Of a DNA stretch of 34,270 nucleotides, positions 8,567-16,515 are shown piece by piece. Below the pieces are notes generated by a model, which was not told where the DNA came from, did not search any database, and was given only the letters and a program-made list of their open reading frames with translations. This stretch comes from an uncultured Pseudobdellovibrionaceae bacterium (GTDB taxonomy: Bacteria; Bdellovibrionota; Bdellovibrionia; Bdellovibrionales; UBA1609), in assembly GCA_964409815.1 (NCBI GenBank), contig CAYPFC010000003.1:2367-36636 (forward strand), written 5' to 3'. The number at the start of each line of letters is the position of its first letter. The stretch's first letter is position 1. Both the position numbers and the translations under genes were made by a program.

Positions 8567-8962
8567 TTAGCGTTTCGAGAACTGAGTGCTGCGACGAGCT
8601 TTGTGCTTACCGTACTTCTTACGCTCAACCATGCGCGAGTCGCGAGTGAGGAAGCCGGCTTTCTTCAGAGTGCCGCGAAGTTCGGGATTCAAAGCGACCA
8701 ATGCGCGCGAAACTCCGTGTCGGATGGCTTCGCTTTGTCCGGTGACGCCACCGCCGACGACGGTTACGCGAGTATCATATTGATTGCTCGTGTTTGTCAG
8801 TGCGAAGGGGGTGAGGCAGGTCGTGCGCGAGGTCGGTGTCGGCATATACTTATCGAGCTCTTTGCCGTTTACGGTCATCTTGCCGCTTCCGGGTTTTACG
8901 AAAACGCGCGCGGCGCTAGTCTTGCGGCGGCCAGTTGCGTAGAAAACTTGTTCCTTAGCCAT
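8567..8962 (-). CDS. rpsI: 30S ribosomal protein S9
   Basis: 131 aa. MAKEQVFYATGRRKTSAARVFVKPGSGKMTVNGK...GGGVTGQSEAIRHGVSRAL...KARRSTQFSKR is the canonical S9 sequence and C-terminus. Confidence 0.96.
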   Translation of the reverse strand: MAKEQVFYATGRRKTSAARVFVKPGSGKMTVNGKELDKYMPTPTSRTTCLTPFALTNTSNQYDTRVTVVGGGVTGQSEAIRHGVSRALVALNPELRGTLKKAGFLTRDSRMVERKKYGKHKARRSTQFSKR

Positions 8963-8975
8963 TTCTCAATTCTCC

Positions 8976-9407
8976 CTATTCCAAGTTCAACATTTCGGGT
9001 TTTTGCGAAGCGTGCGGGTGATTCGGACCCTTGTACGCCTTGAGCTTGTGGATCAAGCGCTTCGACAATTTTGTTTTCGGAAGCATGCCCGCAACCGCTT
9101 CAACGATCACGTTCGCCGCGTCTTTGTCGCGCATCTGAGCCGCGCTCAATTCTTTGAGCGAACCGAAGTAGCGCGAGTGAGAGTAGAACTTTTCGTTCGT
9201 CCACTTCTCTCCGCTCATTGCGACTTTTTCCGAATTAATGACGATCACGAAATCGCCGGTGTCCACGTGAGGGGTGAACGTCGGCTTGTTCTTACCGCGG
9301 ATAATCTTCGCGATCTCCGTCGAGATACGGCCGAGGGTTTTTCCGGTAGCGTCTACCAGGTACCATTTAGCTTCGACTTCGCCCGGCCGGGCGTTCCAGG
9401 TTTTCAT
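8976..9407 (-). CDS. rplM: 50S ribosomal protein L13
   Basis: 143 aa. MKTWNARPGEVEAKWYLVDATGKTLGRISTEIAKIIRGKNKPTFTPHVDTGDFVIVINSEKV is canonical L13. It lies immediately upstream of rpsI, the conserved gene order. Confidence 0.96.
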   Translation of the reverse strand: MKTWNARPGEVEAKWYLVDATGKTLGRISTEIAKIIRGKNKPTFTPHVDTGDFVIVINSEKVAMSGEKWTNEKFYSHSRYFGSLKELSAAQMRDKDAANVIVEAVAGMLPKTKLSKRLIHKLKAYKGPNHPHASQKPEMLNLE

Positions 9408-9452
9408 TCCGCAAATTCCTTATGAGTTTGATGCGTTTAGAAACTAGCAGTC

Positions 9453-10226
9453 TTAGAGTTTTAGGCACTTCTTGTCAAGGTCGGCCGGGTATTCCACGCG
9501 GTAAAGGTACAACCCGTGCGCCGGGGCCGTGGCTTTCGCGACTCGCCGGTCTTTGGCTTCCAGAATGGCTCTTAGGTCGCCGATTGAGCCTTTATTCCTC
9601 TCCAAATGCAGCAAAGTGCCCACCAGATTGCGAACCATTTGTTTTAAAAAGCCATTTCCGCGAATCCGGAACTCCACGAGCGGCCCGCGGACGTGCAGAA
9701 AGCGCGATACGTCGACCGTGCGAACCGTTGAATTTACAGGGGTTCCGGTCGTTTGGAAGCTTTTGAAGTCCTTTCGGCCGATGAGTTGCTGGGCCAGTTT
9801 GTCGAGGAACTTCAGGTCAAGCTCATGCGGGATCCAAAGCGCCCGCTGGTTCCAGAGGGCCGAGCGGGTGGCGTGATTCCAGATCCGATAAATGTAAGTT
9901 TTTCGCCGGGCGCTAGCCAGGGCATGGAACTCGGCCGGCGCCAGCCACGCTCCTTTCACCGCGATGGTGTCGGGAAGAAGGGCGTTCAGCGCGCGCACGA
10001 GTTTCGCCTCGCTCGCCAGGGTTTTCGGCGCTTCGAAGTGAACGACTTGGCCGACGGCGTGCGTGCCGGCGTCCGTGCGTCCCGAGCCGACCGTGCGGAT
10101 CGGCTCACTATAAATTTGGGTGAGAACGGATTCGAGCGTGCCTTGAACCGTGGGCGCGCCCGGCTGCTTTTGCCAACCTTGATAAGGAGTGCCGTCGTAA
10201 GACAGCAGGAGTCTGATCTTCCGCAT
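9453..10226 (-). CDS. truA: tRNA pseudouridine(38-40) synthase TruA
   Basis: 257 aa. MRKIRLLLSYDGTPYQGWQKQPG...VGSGRTDAGTHAVGQVVHF contains the catalytic Asp motif RTDAGVHA-like. FLKQMVRNLVGTLL matches the TruA C-terminal signature. Confidence 0.92.
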   Translation of the reverse strand: MRKIRLLLSYDGTPYQGWQKQPGAPTVQGTLESVLTQIYSEPIRTVGSGRTDAGTHAVGQVVHFEAPKTLASEAKLVRALNALLPDTIAVKGAWLAPAEFHALASARRKTYIYRIWNHATRSALWNQRALWIPHELDLKFLDKLAQQLIGRKDFKSFQTTGTPVNSTVRTVDVSRFLHVRGPLVEFRIRGNGFLKQMVRNLVGTLLHLERNKGSIGDLRAILEAKDRRVAKATAPAHGLYLYRVEYPADLDKKCLKL

Positions 10227-10237
10227 CGTTCGTGCGG

Positions 10238-11227
10238 CTAGAATTCCATCAGGAAGCCGCCGTTGATCAAGCTCGAAGTGAAGTCGTACGTCTGCGTAAT
10301 GGAAATAATCTGGCGGTACTCGGCGGTGAGATACACGCGATTGATTCCATATTCACGATCGAGTTGCGCCCGTGCGAGGGCATCGAAGTACGAGAGATTG
10401 AACGCGAGTCCCCCCGCGAAGTACGCGGCGAACGCGCCTCCCCATTTCGGCGGTTTGTCGTCGTCGCGGAACTCTCCGAACGCGAACGCGATCGCGCCGC
10501 CTTCCCCGTAGGGAACGAAAAGCTGCTTATCGAAAAATTGCGCGCGGTAAACGCCGCCGACCGAGTTCGGCATCGCCCAGAAGGTGAAGATCTCCCTCGG
10601 CGTGAGGCCCTGGTTCACTTGGCTGACGAAATGTCCGTTACCTTGAGCGACGTAGATTCCCGTTCCGGCTTTGAGCGACCATTTGCCGATGGCCGTGCGC
10701 CAAAGCTGCCATTCGTAGTCGAACATGATCGCGGGATTGTTCGTCTGGTCGTAGTTCTCCTCGAACGTCGCGCCGACCTGGCCCGCTTGATCGGGGTTTT
10801 CCAGGTTCGTGGGATTGAAGATCCCGATGCGGAACGCGGCCGCGCGGTGCTGATTGGACTCGTCGACCTTGTACAGGTACTCGCCCTCTTTCGTGATGCG
10901 CGTAAGGCCTTTCTCGGCGAACGGGTGCGGGACTTCTCTTTGGCCCTGGTGCTTGCTCCAGTCGAAAATCTTCTTTCCCGAAGCGCTCGAAGGGCGGGGC
11001 GGGGTCTCGGGTGTCACTTCCGCCTTCGGCGCGGGTTTGAGCTCTTCGGCCTGTGCGGGAAGCGGCTCTTCTTCGTCTTCCTCGTCCTCGTCCTCGATAT
11101 CCTCGTCTTCCGCGGTCCATTCCGATTCCACTTTCGCCTTGGACTCGGCTTGAGCGAGTAAACGCGACGGCGCCGCTTCGGTCGCGTACGGAATCAGGAT
11201 GAGCAGGGCGATAAGAAGTTTATGCAC
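10238..11227 (-). CDS. Hypothetical outer-membrane beta-barrel protein with acidic N-terminal extension
   Basis: GTG start at 11227 overlaps the upstream stop by 8 nt (GTGCATAA). Signal peptide MHKLLIALLILIPYATEAA. Acidic run EDEDIEDEDEEDEEE, then a Pro/Lys linker. Gly/aromatic-rich strands end in GGFLMEF (terminal Phe). Confidence 0.6.
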   Translation of the reverse strand: MHKLLIALLILIPYATEAAPSRLLAQAESKAKVESEWTAEDEDIEDEDEEDEEEPLPAQAEELKPAPKAEVTPETPPRPSSASGKKIFDWSKHQGQREVPHPFAEKGLTRITKEGEYLYKVDESNQHRAAAFRIGIFNPTNLENPDQAGQVGATFEENYDQTNNPAIMFDYEWQLWRTAIGKWSLKAGTGIYVAQGNGHFVSQVNQGLTPREIFTFWAMPNSVGGVYRAQFFDKQLFVPYGEGGAIAFAFGEFRDDDKPPKWGGAFAAYFAGGLAFNLSYFDALARAQLDREYGINRVYLTAEYRQIISITQTYDFTSSLINGGFLMEF

Positions 11228-12539
11228 GCGCGCGCAGTCTCCTCATTCCGTAGATGGGCAACGCAAGAAGCAAACTCAGAAGAATGAGAGACGTGGCGAG
11301 CGCGGGCCAGAATCCCGCCCTAAGCGCGAACAGGCTGAAGCCGTACGCCGGCCAGAGCGCCGCGCGCGCGATCGCGCGAAGCGCGGGCTTGTCGTGAATG
11401 AAGCGGGCGGCGTAGGGGCCGTATTTGTAGTACTTGCTGACGAAATAGCGGCCCCAGGTCCTTTGAAGCAGAACCTTGAATCGGAACTCACGGAACGTGT
11501 CGAGCGTCGGGCCGAGCGACGTTCCGTAGGCCGCGGTCGCGACGAAGCAGTTGAAATCCTCGGTGAGAAGGCCGAGCACCTGGTCGGGCGTCGCGGCCCA
11601 ATCGCAGCCGTCCGGAATGGGAACGGTATTGCAGCCTTCGGCGTCGGCGGCCGCCTTCGAGGGGAAGAACTGCACGATGTTCTCGGCTTCGTCTTTGAGC
11701 GCGATGCGGAAGAAGTAGCGCGTACCGTTCTCGAGGCCGTCGACCGTGGAGTCGTCGAGCTCGGCGCCGTCCTCGTCGATGATGAGATCTTCGGGCTCGA
11801 GGCTGTTCTCGGGATTTGCGGAGTCGGAGCCCGCGGCCGACATGAAGACGCGGACTTTCTTCGCTTCCGACGAGTAGCCTAAGTTCGGGAAATTCGTGTC
11901 CGTCGCGGGATCTTCAATGTAAATCTTCTCGTCGCCGGGATACGGCGTGAAGCCGCCGATCCCCTCGGAAGTCGGTGAGCCGTAAACGTCGTACGTGGCC
12001 GCCGTCGGCTTAAGAATTTTCACCGCGACCTCGACATACTCCTCGCCGGAATCGATGACGCCGTCCCTGTCCTTGTCGAGGTAGATGCGAAATGTGGCCG
12101 TGGTTGCGGTTAGGGCGCCCTCACAAGAGGCATTGCCAAGCAGCGCTCCGCAGATTTGACCCCAAGTCGTTTGAAGAGTTTTACCGTCGTTCCCGTCGTT
12201 GTCGACAATGCTGAGGATCGAGTTGTCGGTCTTCGTGACGATCGCTTCGCCGGCGGCGTCCGTCTGTAAAGTGAACGTGATCGTGCGATTGTCGAACGCG
12301 CGATTCTCGTTGCACGCGCAAAGCGGGTCATCCGCACACGTTAAAACGGCCGAGCAACAATTGCTGAAGGGCTTATCCGAAAACCCGCAAGCCGTGGCGT
12401 CGCCCGCGAAGCCGCCATAGATCGTCGGAGTTCCGGTGAGCGTGACGTTCGAGACGCCGTCCACTCCGGTGACGATGGGAGCCGCGGCGAGCGCGAGATT
12501 GGAAAACACGAATAGAGCGGCGAATAAAAATGGGCGCAT
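11220..12539 (-). CDS. Secreted Cys-rich/FN3-like surface protein with CFVATAAYG-type C-terminal membrane-anchor domain
   Basis: 439 aa with signal peptide MRPFLFAALFVFSNLALAAAP. Cys-rich N-terminal part (NCCSAVLTCADDPLCAC). FN3-like stretch DGLENGTRYFFRIALKDEAEN. C-terminal 109 aa (nt 11223-11549): CFVATAAYGTSLGPTLDTFREFRFKVLL...YYKYGPYAARFI...LRAIARAALWP, plus hydrophobic helices and an RRLRARA tail. Confidence 0.7.
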   Translation of the reverse strand: MRPFLFAALFVFSNLALAAAPIVTGVDGVSNVTLTGTPTIYGGFAGDATACGFSDKPFSNCCSAVLTCADDPLCACNENRAFDNRTITFTLQTDAAGEAIVTKTDNSILSIVDNDGNDGKTLQTTWGQICGALLGNASCEGALTATTATFRIYLDKDRDGVIDSGEEYVEVAVKILKPTAATYDVYGSPTSEGIGGFTPYPGDEKIYIEDPATDTNFPNLGYSSEAKKVRVFMSAAGSDSANPENSLEPEDLIIDEDGAELDDSTVDGLENGTRYFFRIALKDEAENIVQFFPSKAAADAEGCNTVPIPDGCDWAATPDQVLGLLTEDFNCFVATAAYGTSLGPTLDTFREFRFKVLLQRTWGRYFVSKYYKYGPYAARFIHDKPALRAIARAALWPAYGFSLFALRAGFWPALATSLILLSLLLALPIYGMRRLRARA

Positions 12540-12551
12540 GAGTCAATGACA

Positions 12552-13577
12552 TCATGTGCGTGGGATTAAGTCAAAAATCCTCTCGGCGATTTGGATGCCG
12601 TTGAGCGCGGCCCCTTTGCGAAGATTGTCCGACACGATCCACATGAGCCACGTGCGTGGGTCTTCCAGATCCTGATGAACGCGGCCGACGGCGACGGGAT
12701 CTTTCTCGCTCCAACTGGAAGCCAGCGGAAACACGGATTTTCCCGGCTCATCCTCGATCACGAGGCCCGTTTGCCTCGAGAGCGATTTTAAAACCTCTTC
12801 GCGCGAAACTTCTTTTTTCAGACGCACCCAGACCGCCTCGGAATGCGCGTTCCATGCGGGGATGCGCACCGTGAACGCGCTGATACGAAATGAGTTGTCG
12901 TTCATGATTTTTTTAGACTCGCGCATGATTTTAATTTCTTCCGAGCAAAATCCATTCGCCTGGAAGCCGCCGATTTGCGGAATGGCGTTCATCGCGATCG
13001 TGTGTGGAAAAGTTCGTGGAGCCGGTGCGTTCCGCCCTTCGACCCAGCTCTTCGTCTGGGTTTCGAGCTCGGTCTGCCCGTCGCGGCCGGCGCCGCTCAC
13101 GGCTTGGTAAGTCGCAACGTGCACCGAGTCCAGACCAAAGTCCTTACGCAGGGGCTCGAGCGCCACCACGAGCTGAATCGTCGAACAGTTCGGATTCGCG
13201 ATCAGCGCGGGCGTTCCCTTTTTCGGAAGCAAGTGGCCGTTCACTTCGGGCACGACGAGGAGTTTCGAGTCGTCCATGCGGAACGCGGCCGAGTTGTCGA
13301 CGGCCACCGCGCCGACTTTCACCGCGATCGGCGCCCATTCTTTCGAGATGTCGTCGCCCGACGAGAAGAACACGAGATCGAGTCCCCTGAAGCCTTCCTC
13401 CGAAGGCACGTCGATTTCATAATCCTTACCCTTGAATTTGCGCGTCTGTCCTTTCGAGCGGTCGCTCGCGAAAAGCTTCAGCTTTCCGACTGGGAACTCG
13501 CGTTCTTCTAAGAGTTTCAGGAAAACTTCACCCACCATTCCGGTGGCGCCGACGATGCCGACGTTAATCGCGTTCAT
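12552..13577 (-). CDS. asd: Aspartate-semialdehyde dehydrogenase
   Basis: 341 aa. MNAINVGIVGATGMVGEVFLKLLEEREFP is the Rossmann fold motif. IANPNCSTIQLVVALEPL holds the active-site Cys. YQAVSGAGRDG is also present. Confidence 0.93.
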   Translation of the reverse strand: MNAINVGIVGATGMVGEVFLKLLEEREFPVGKLKLFASDRSKGQTRKFKGKDYEIDVPSEEGFRGLDLVFFSSGDDISKEWAPIAVKVGAVAVDNSAAFRMDDSKLLVVPEVNGHLLPKKGTPALIANPNCSTIQLVVALEPLRKDFGLDSVHVATYQAVSGAGRDGQTELETQTKSWVEGRNAPAPRTFPHTIAMNAIPQIGGFQANGFCSEEIKIMRESKKIMNDNSFRISAFTVRIPAWNAHSEAVWVRLKKEVSREEVLKSLSRQTGLVIEDEPGKSVFPLASSWSEKDPVAVGRVHQDLEDPRTWLMWIVSDNLRKGAALNGIQIAERIFDLIPRT

Positions 13578-14367
13578 TAGTCTCTAATTCCTCATGCAGG
13601 TCTTCTCCCACCTCGGGAGAATACGGTTTCATGTTTCTCGGATGGCGGCTGCCTAACCGCCAAATGCCGAAAACGGCGCCGAGAGTAGCATAGCTAAGGA
13701 AGAGAACAAACAAAGTTGTTTCCGGTTTGAGTGCGACCATCACGAAAATGAAAACTCCGACGGGGAGGTAGCGGAACGGCAAGCGATGGCGAAAGTCGAT
13801 GTCTTTGAAGCTGCGATACCGGAACGTTGAAACCATCACGAATCCGAGTAAAAAAGTCATGGCAAGAAGTCCCCAGTGCCGAGCTGGATCCAGCGCCAAA
13901 TCCTCGAACGCGAGAACGCTCGAGGCGACGATGCCGGCGGCCATCGGAATCGGTAAACCTTGGAAGTACGCCTTCTCCACCGAGCCGCTCTGAACGTTGA
14001 AACGCGCGAGGCGAAGTGCACCGCATGCGACATAGAAAAAGCTCGCGAGCCAGCCGACGCGACCGAAGGGCTCGAGCGCCCAGAGGAAGAGCAGCAACCC
14101 CGGCGCGAGACCGAACGTGACCAGATCGCAGAGCGAGTCGAGCTCGGCGCCGAAGCGGCTCGTGGCGTTCGCGATGCGCGCGACGCGGCCGTCGAGTTGG
14201 TCGAAGATCGCGCCGACGACGATAGCGCCCGCGGCCCAGAGGTAATTGCCCTCGATCGCATAGATGATCGCGAAGAAGCCCGCGAACATATTCATGATAG
14301 TGATAAGATTCGGGAGAACGTAAATGTGCATGCCCACGCGGCGGGGTCCTTGGGGGGTATGCTTCAT
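13564..14367 (-). CDS. pssA: CDP-diacylglycerol--serine O-phosphatidyltransferase (CDP-alcohol phosphatidyltransferase family)
   Basis: 267 aa polytopic protein. The CDP-OH_P_transf motif DQLDGRVARIANATSRFGAELDSLCDLVTFGLAP matches D-G-x2-A-R-x8-G-x3-D-x3-D. Its stop overlaps the asd start by 14 nt, and its start overlaps the upstream stop (TGATG). Confidence 0.85.
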   Translation of the reverse strand: MKHTPQGPRRVGMHIYVLPNLITIMNMFAGFFAIIYAIEGNYLWAAGAIVVGAIFDQLDGRVARIANATSRFGAELDSLCDLVTFGLAPGLLLFLWALEPFGRVGWLASFFYVACGALRLARFNVQSGSVEKAYFQGLPIPMAAGIVASSVLAFEDLALDPARHWGLLAMTFLLGFVMVSTFRYRSFKDIDFRHRLPFRYLPVGVFIFVMVALKPETTLFVLFLSYATLGAVFGIWRLGSRHPRNMKPYSPEVGEDLHEELETNERD

Positions 14368-14996
14368 CAGACGAATCCTCCAAATACGTAAAACAGTCCG
14401 GCCAATCCCGTCGCGCTCAGGACGGGAAACACGAAATTATCGTCCATACGGCCGACGGGGATCAACTCCGATGCCGCGCCGATCAAGCCGCCGAGCAGAC
14501 TTACGATAAACAGGCGTTCGCGCATTAAATCAAGCGCGTTGAAAAAAATCACCGAGACCACGAAGCAGGCCGCGAACGCGGCGAGCGTGCCTTGAAGGCT
14601 CTTATCGCCAACAAGCTTGTCCTTGCCGAAGCGAATTCCGAAATAACTGGCGAGCGGGTCGGCGAACGCGAGATAGAGCAGCGCGAGTAAAACCACGTTC
14701 TTCGGAAAAAGAAAGATGATGAGCGTGATGCCGATCATCATCGAGGTGAGGCCCGAGATTCGACGCTTCTCGCTCTCTCGCATCACCGGCTTGAACATCC
14801 ACATAAAGACCTTGTTCAGAGCGGGAACGTAGAGGCGGGCGACGTCGAAAATCACGAGGGTCGAGCCAATGGCAAGCGCCAGCAGAGCGGCGGTTTTCGG
14901 CTCGATCATCCAGTACCAAATAAAAATTCCGAAAACCCCGCACATATGCCAGATCCGGCGGGCAATATGAATGTCGTTTCGAGCCTTTAAGGGCAT
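14367..14996 (-). CDS. Polytopic membrane protein of the CTP-dependent diacylglycerol/polyprenol (dolichol/phytol) kinase / CTP_transf_1-like family
   Basis: 209 aa with about 6 hydrophobic helices. The motif FADPLASYFGIRFGKDKLVGDKSLQGTLAAF resembles the GD..A...G..fGk....KS.eGs signature of that family. It is first in an apparent operon with pssA and asd. Confidence 0.55.
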   Translation of the reverse strand: MPLKARNDIHIARRIWHMCGVFGIFIWYWMIEPKTAALLALAIGSTLVIFDVARLYVPALNKVFMWMFKPVMRESEKRRISGLTSMMIGITLIIFLFPKNVVLLALLYLAFADPLASYFGIRFGKDKLVGDKSLQGTLAAFAACFVVSVIFFNALDLMRERLFIVSLLGGLIGAASELIPVGRMDDNFVFPVLSATGLAGLFYVFGGFV

Positions 14997-15007
14997 GTCT
15001 CTATAAG

Positions 15008-15024
15008 TGTCTCATTATGAGACA
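15008..15024. promoter_or_regulatory. Perfect 17-bp palindrome TGTCTCAT-T-ATGAGACA in a divergent promoter region (candidate operator)
   Basis: Read directly: the reverse complement of TGTCTCAT is ATGAGACA. It lies 12-28 nt upstream of the minus-strand ATG 14996 and just upstream of the -35 position of the + promoter. Confidence 0.45.
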
Positions 15025-15048
15025 GAGTCAAAGGATTTCATATATTTA

Positions 15049-15057
15049 TGCTATAAT
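15049..15057 (+). promoter_or_regulatory. Extended -10 promoter element TGcTATAAT for the 15082 gene
   Basis: TG at 15049-15050 and TATAAT at 15052-15057, 25 nt before the TTG start. AAGGAG SD at 15071-15076. The -35 region is poor, consistent with an extended -10 promoter. Confidence 0.4.
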
Positions 15058-15081
15058 TGACGTGTCCTTTAAGGAGACTCT

Positions 15082-15903
15082 TTGAGCCTTCGAAGCTGCC
15101 TGCTTTTACTATTATTTGCGCCGCTCGCGCACGCCGCCGACGAACCGGCCGGCGAGGGACAATTTGGCATGCACCACGGGTACCTTTTCGACGTCGCCGG
15201 GGAAAAAAATCGTCGCGAAATCGAGATGGTCATGCTTCCGCGTCCGAAAGAAAACTCGACGCCGCTCAGCCAGAAAATTTTCAACGATCGGCTCTCTAAA
15301 GAGTTCCAGGATCAGTATCAATACAAATTCGGCTCGTCGCTGGCCGAGCAGGTCTTGAACACGCAAGCGCCCGATGACGGTTACGCGTACTTCTCGGGGC
15401 AAAACGTGACGATTCAGGAGTACCAGAAGCAGCAGCGACAATTCGGCGAATACATGATGCGCCGGCTGACCGAGTTTCACGTCGATGACTGGGCCAAGAA
15501 AGATCCAGATTTCAAGCCCGTGTACGCCGTAAAAGAAAAGATGAGTAACCTCTCGATGGCGGTGAAGAAGGGCTACAAGGTCCGCTGGAAGTACAACTTC
15601 GCCGGCCCCAACATGGAATTCCGACTCACGAATCCCTATGACATCGACACCAAGGTGCGCATGGAAATGACGGGAATTCTCTCGTCTCCTACGGAAGTGA
15701 TTTACTCACTCGGGATTCCCGCGGGCGACAAGTGGTACGTGTCGGCTCTCCACCGTCAAGAAGACAAGCTTTACCAATTGGTCGCGTATCGCCCGCTCAC
15801 GCGTCGAATTTCCGGATCGGTCACCGTCTCGACGGACCAGAGCGATAAAGGACTCTCGACGAAACAGGATCTTTACCTCGTAGGGTTGAGCTGGTCCGAT
15901 TAA
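15082..15903 (+). CDS. Hypothetical secreted protein
   Basis: TTG start 5 nt after AAGGAG. Signal peptide (M)SLRSCLLLLLFAPLAHAADE. 273 aa, no recognisable motif. C-terminal strands YLVGLSWSD suggest beta structure. Confidence 0.6.
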   Translation: MSLRSCLLLLLFAPLAHAADEPAGEGQFGMHHGYLFDVAGEKNRREIEMVMLPRPKENSTPLSQKIFNDRLSKEFQDQYQYKFGSSLAEQVLNTQAPDDGYAYFSGQNVTIQEYQKQQRQFGEYMMRRLTEFHVDDWAKKDPDFKPVYAVKEKMSNLSMAVKKGYKVRWKYNFAGPNMEFRLTNPYDIDTKVRMEMTGILSSPTEVIYSLGIPAGDKWYVSALHRQEDKLYQLVAYRPLTRRISGSVTVSTDQSDKGLSTKQDLYLVGLSWSD

Positions 15904-15986
15904 GAGTCTCAATTCGAGACGCCTCATTTTGACAATCTGACCTCTGCCGCGTGGAGCGCGGCTCGCAAGGTTCCGAAGAGCTCTTG

Positions 15987-16499
15987 ATGGATAGAAATCA
16001 AGTGCGCCTCGCGCTCCTGAAAATCTCTTTCGCGGGCTTCGTGGCGATGAGCTGGCTTTTCTCGAGCTTCATTTGGGAATCGCGCCCTCAAGAGCAGGGC
16101 AACGACGCGCTTTCTTCACTCGTGCGCTTGCCGGCGTCTCTCCCGGCGCAGCTTCCGATCGTTCCAAGCCTGCTCGCGCCCACGACGAAGCCTCTGCCCG
16201 CGATCCGTATGGACGCGCTGGCGATCGCCTGCTGGGACAAGCAGGACAACCGGGGCCGCAGCACCGACTCTCGCTGGGTGCGCCTCACCGGAAAGCCATG
16301 CCAGTCGCCGCCCTCCGCCGACACCGTTCGCGTTCAGAATTTGTCCAATGGATACATGGCGACCGTCTTCTCGCAAACCTCGGCGGAGCTCACGACGGAT
16401 TACATCCCGCTTGAGACGGGAGCGAACGAAATCCTCATCCGGTTTGAAACCGAGCCGGGCGTTCAATTGGAAAGCAAATTCACATTGGTGCGCGAATAG
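15987..16499 (+). CDS. Hypothetical membrane-anchored/secreted protein
   Basis: The track ORF starts at GTG 15951. I prefer ATG 15987 because GAAGAG lies 6 nt upstream. N-terminal hydrophobic helix LALLKISFAGFVAMSWLFSSFIW, a Pro-rich linker, then a beta-rich C-terminal domain. No family recognised. Confidence 0.5.
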   Translation: MDRNQVRLALLKISFAGFVAMSWLFSSFIWESRPQEQGNDALSSLVRLPASLPAQLPIVPSLLAPTTKPLPAIRMDALAIACWDKQDNRGRSTDSRWVRLTGKPCQSPPSADTVRVQNLSNGYMATVFSQTSAELTTDYIPLETGANEILIRFETEPGVQLESKFTLVRE

Positions 16500-16515
16500 C
16501 CCGGTGCGGGCTATT
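16495..16515. terminator. 9-bp stem / 3-nt loop hairpin shared by two convergent genes, covering both stop codons
   Basis: AATAGCCCG (16495-16503), GTG, CGGGCTATT (16507-16515): perfect complementarity. It includes TAG 16497-16499 (+ gene) and the complement of TAG at 16511-16513 (- gene). The flanking U-tracts are weak. Confidence 0.45.

Noticed and set aside
13694-14383. Alternative-frame ORFs within pssA (13694..14383, 13857..14261, 13960..14391)
   Set aside because: They are out-of-frame or antisense to the CDP-alcohol phosphatidyltransferase frame, which carries the diagnostic DG..AR...G...D...D motif.
15904-15962. Small hairpins GTCTC-aattc-GAGAC and GCCGCG-tggag-CGCGGC after the 15082..15903 gene, as possible terminators
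   Set aside because: The stems are only 5-6 bp with no convincing U-tract. The next co-directional gene starts within about 80 nt, so read-through in an operon is more likely.
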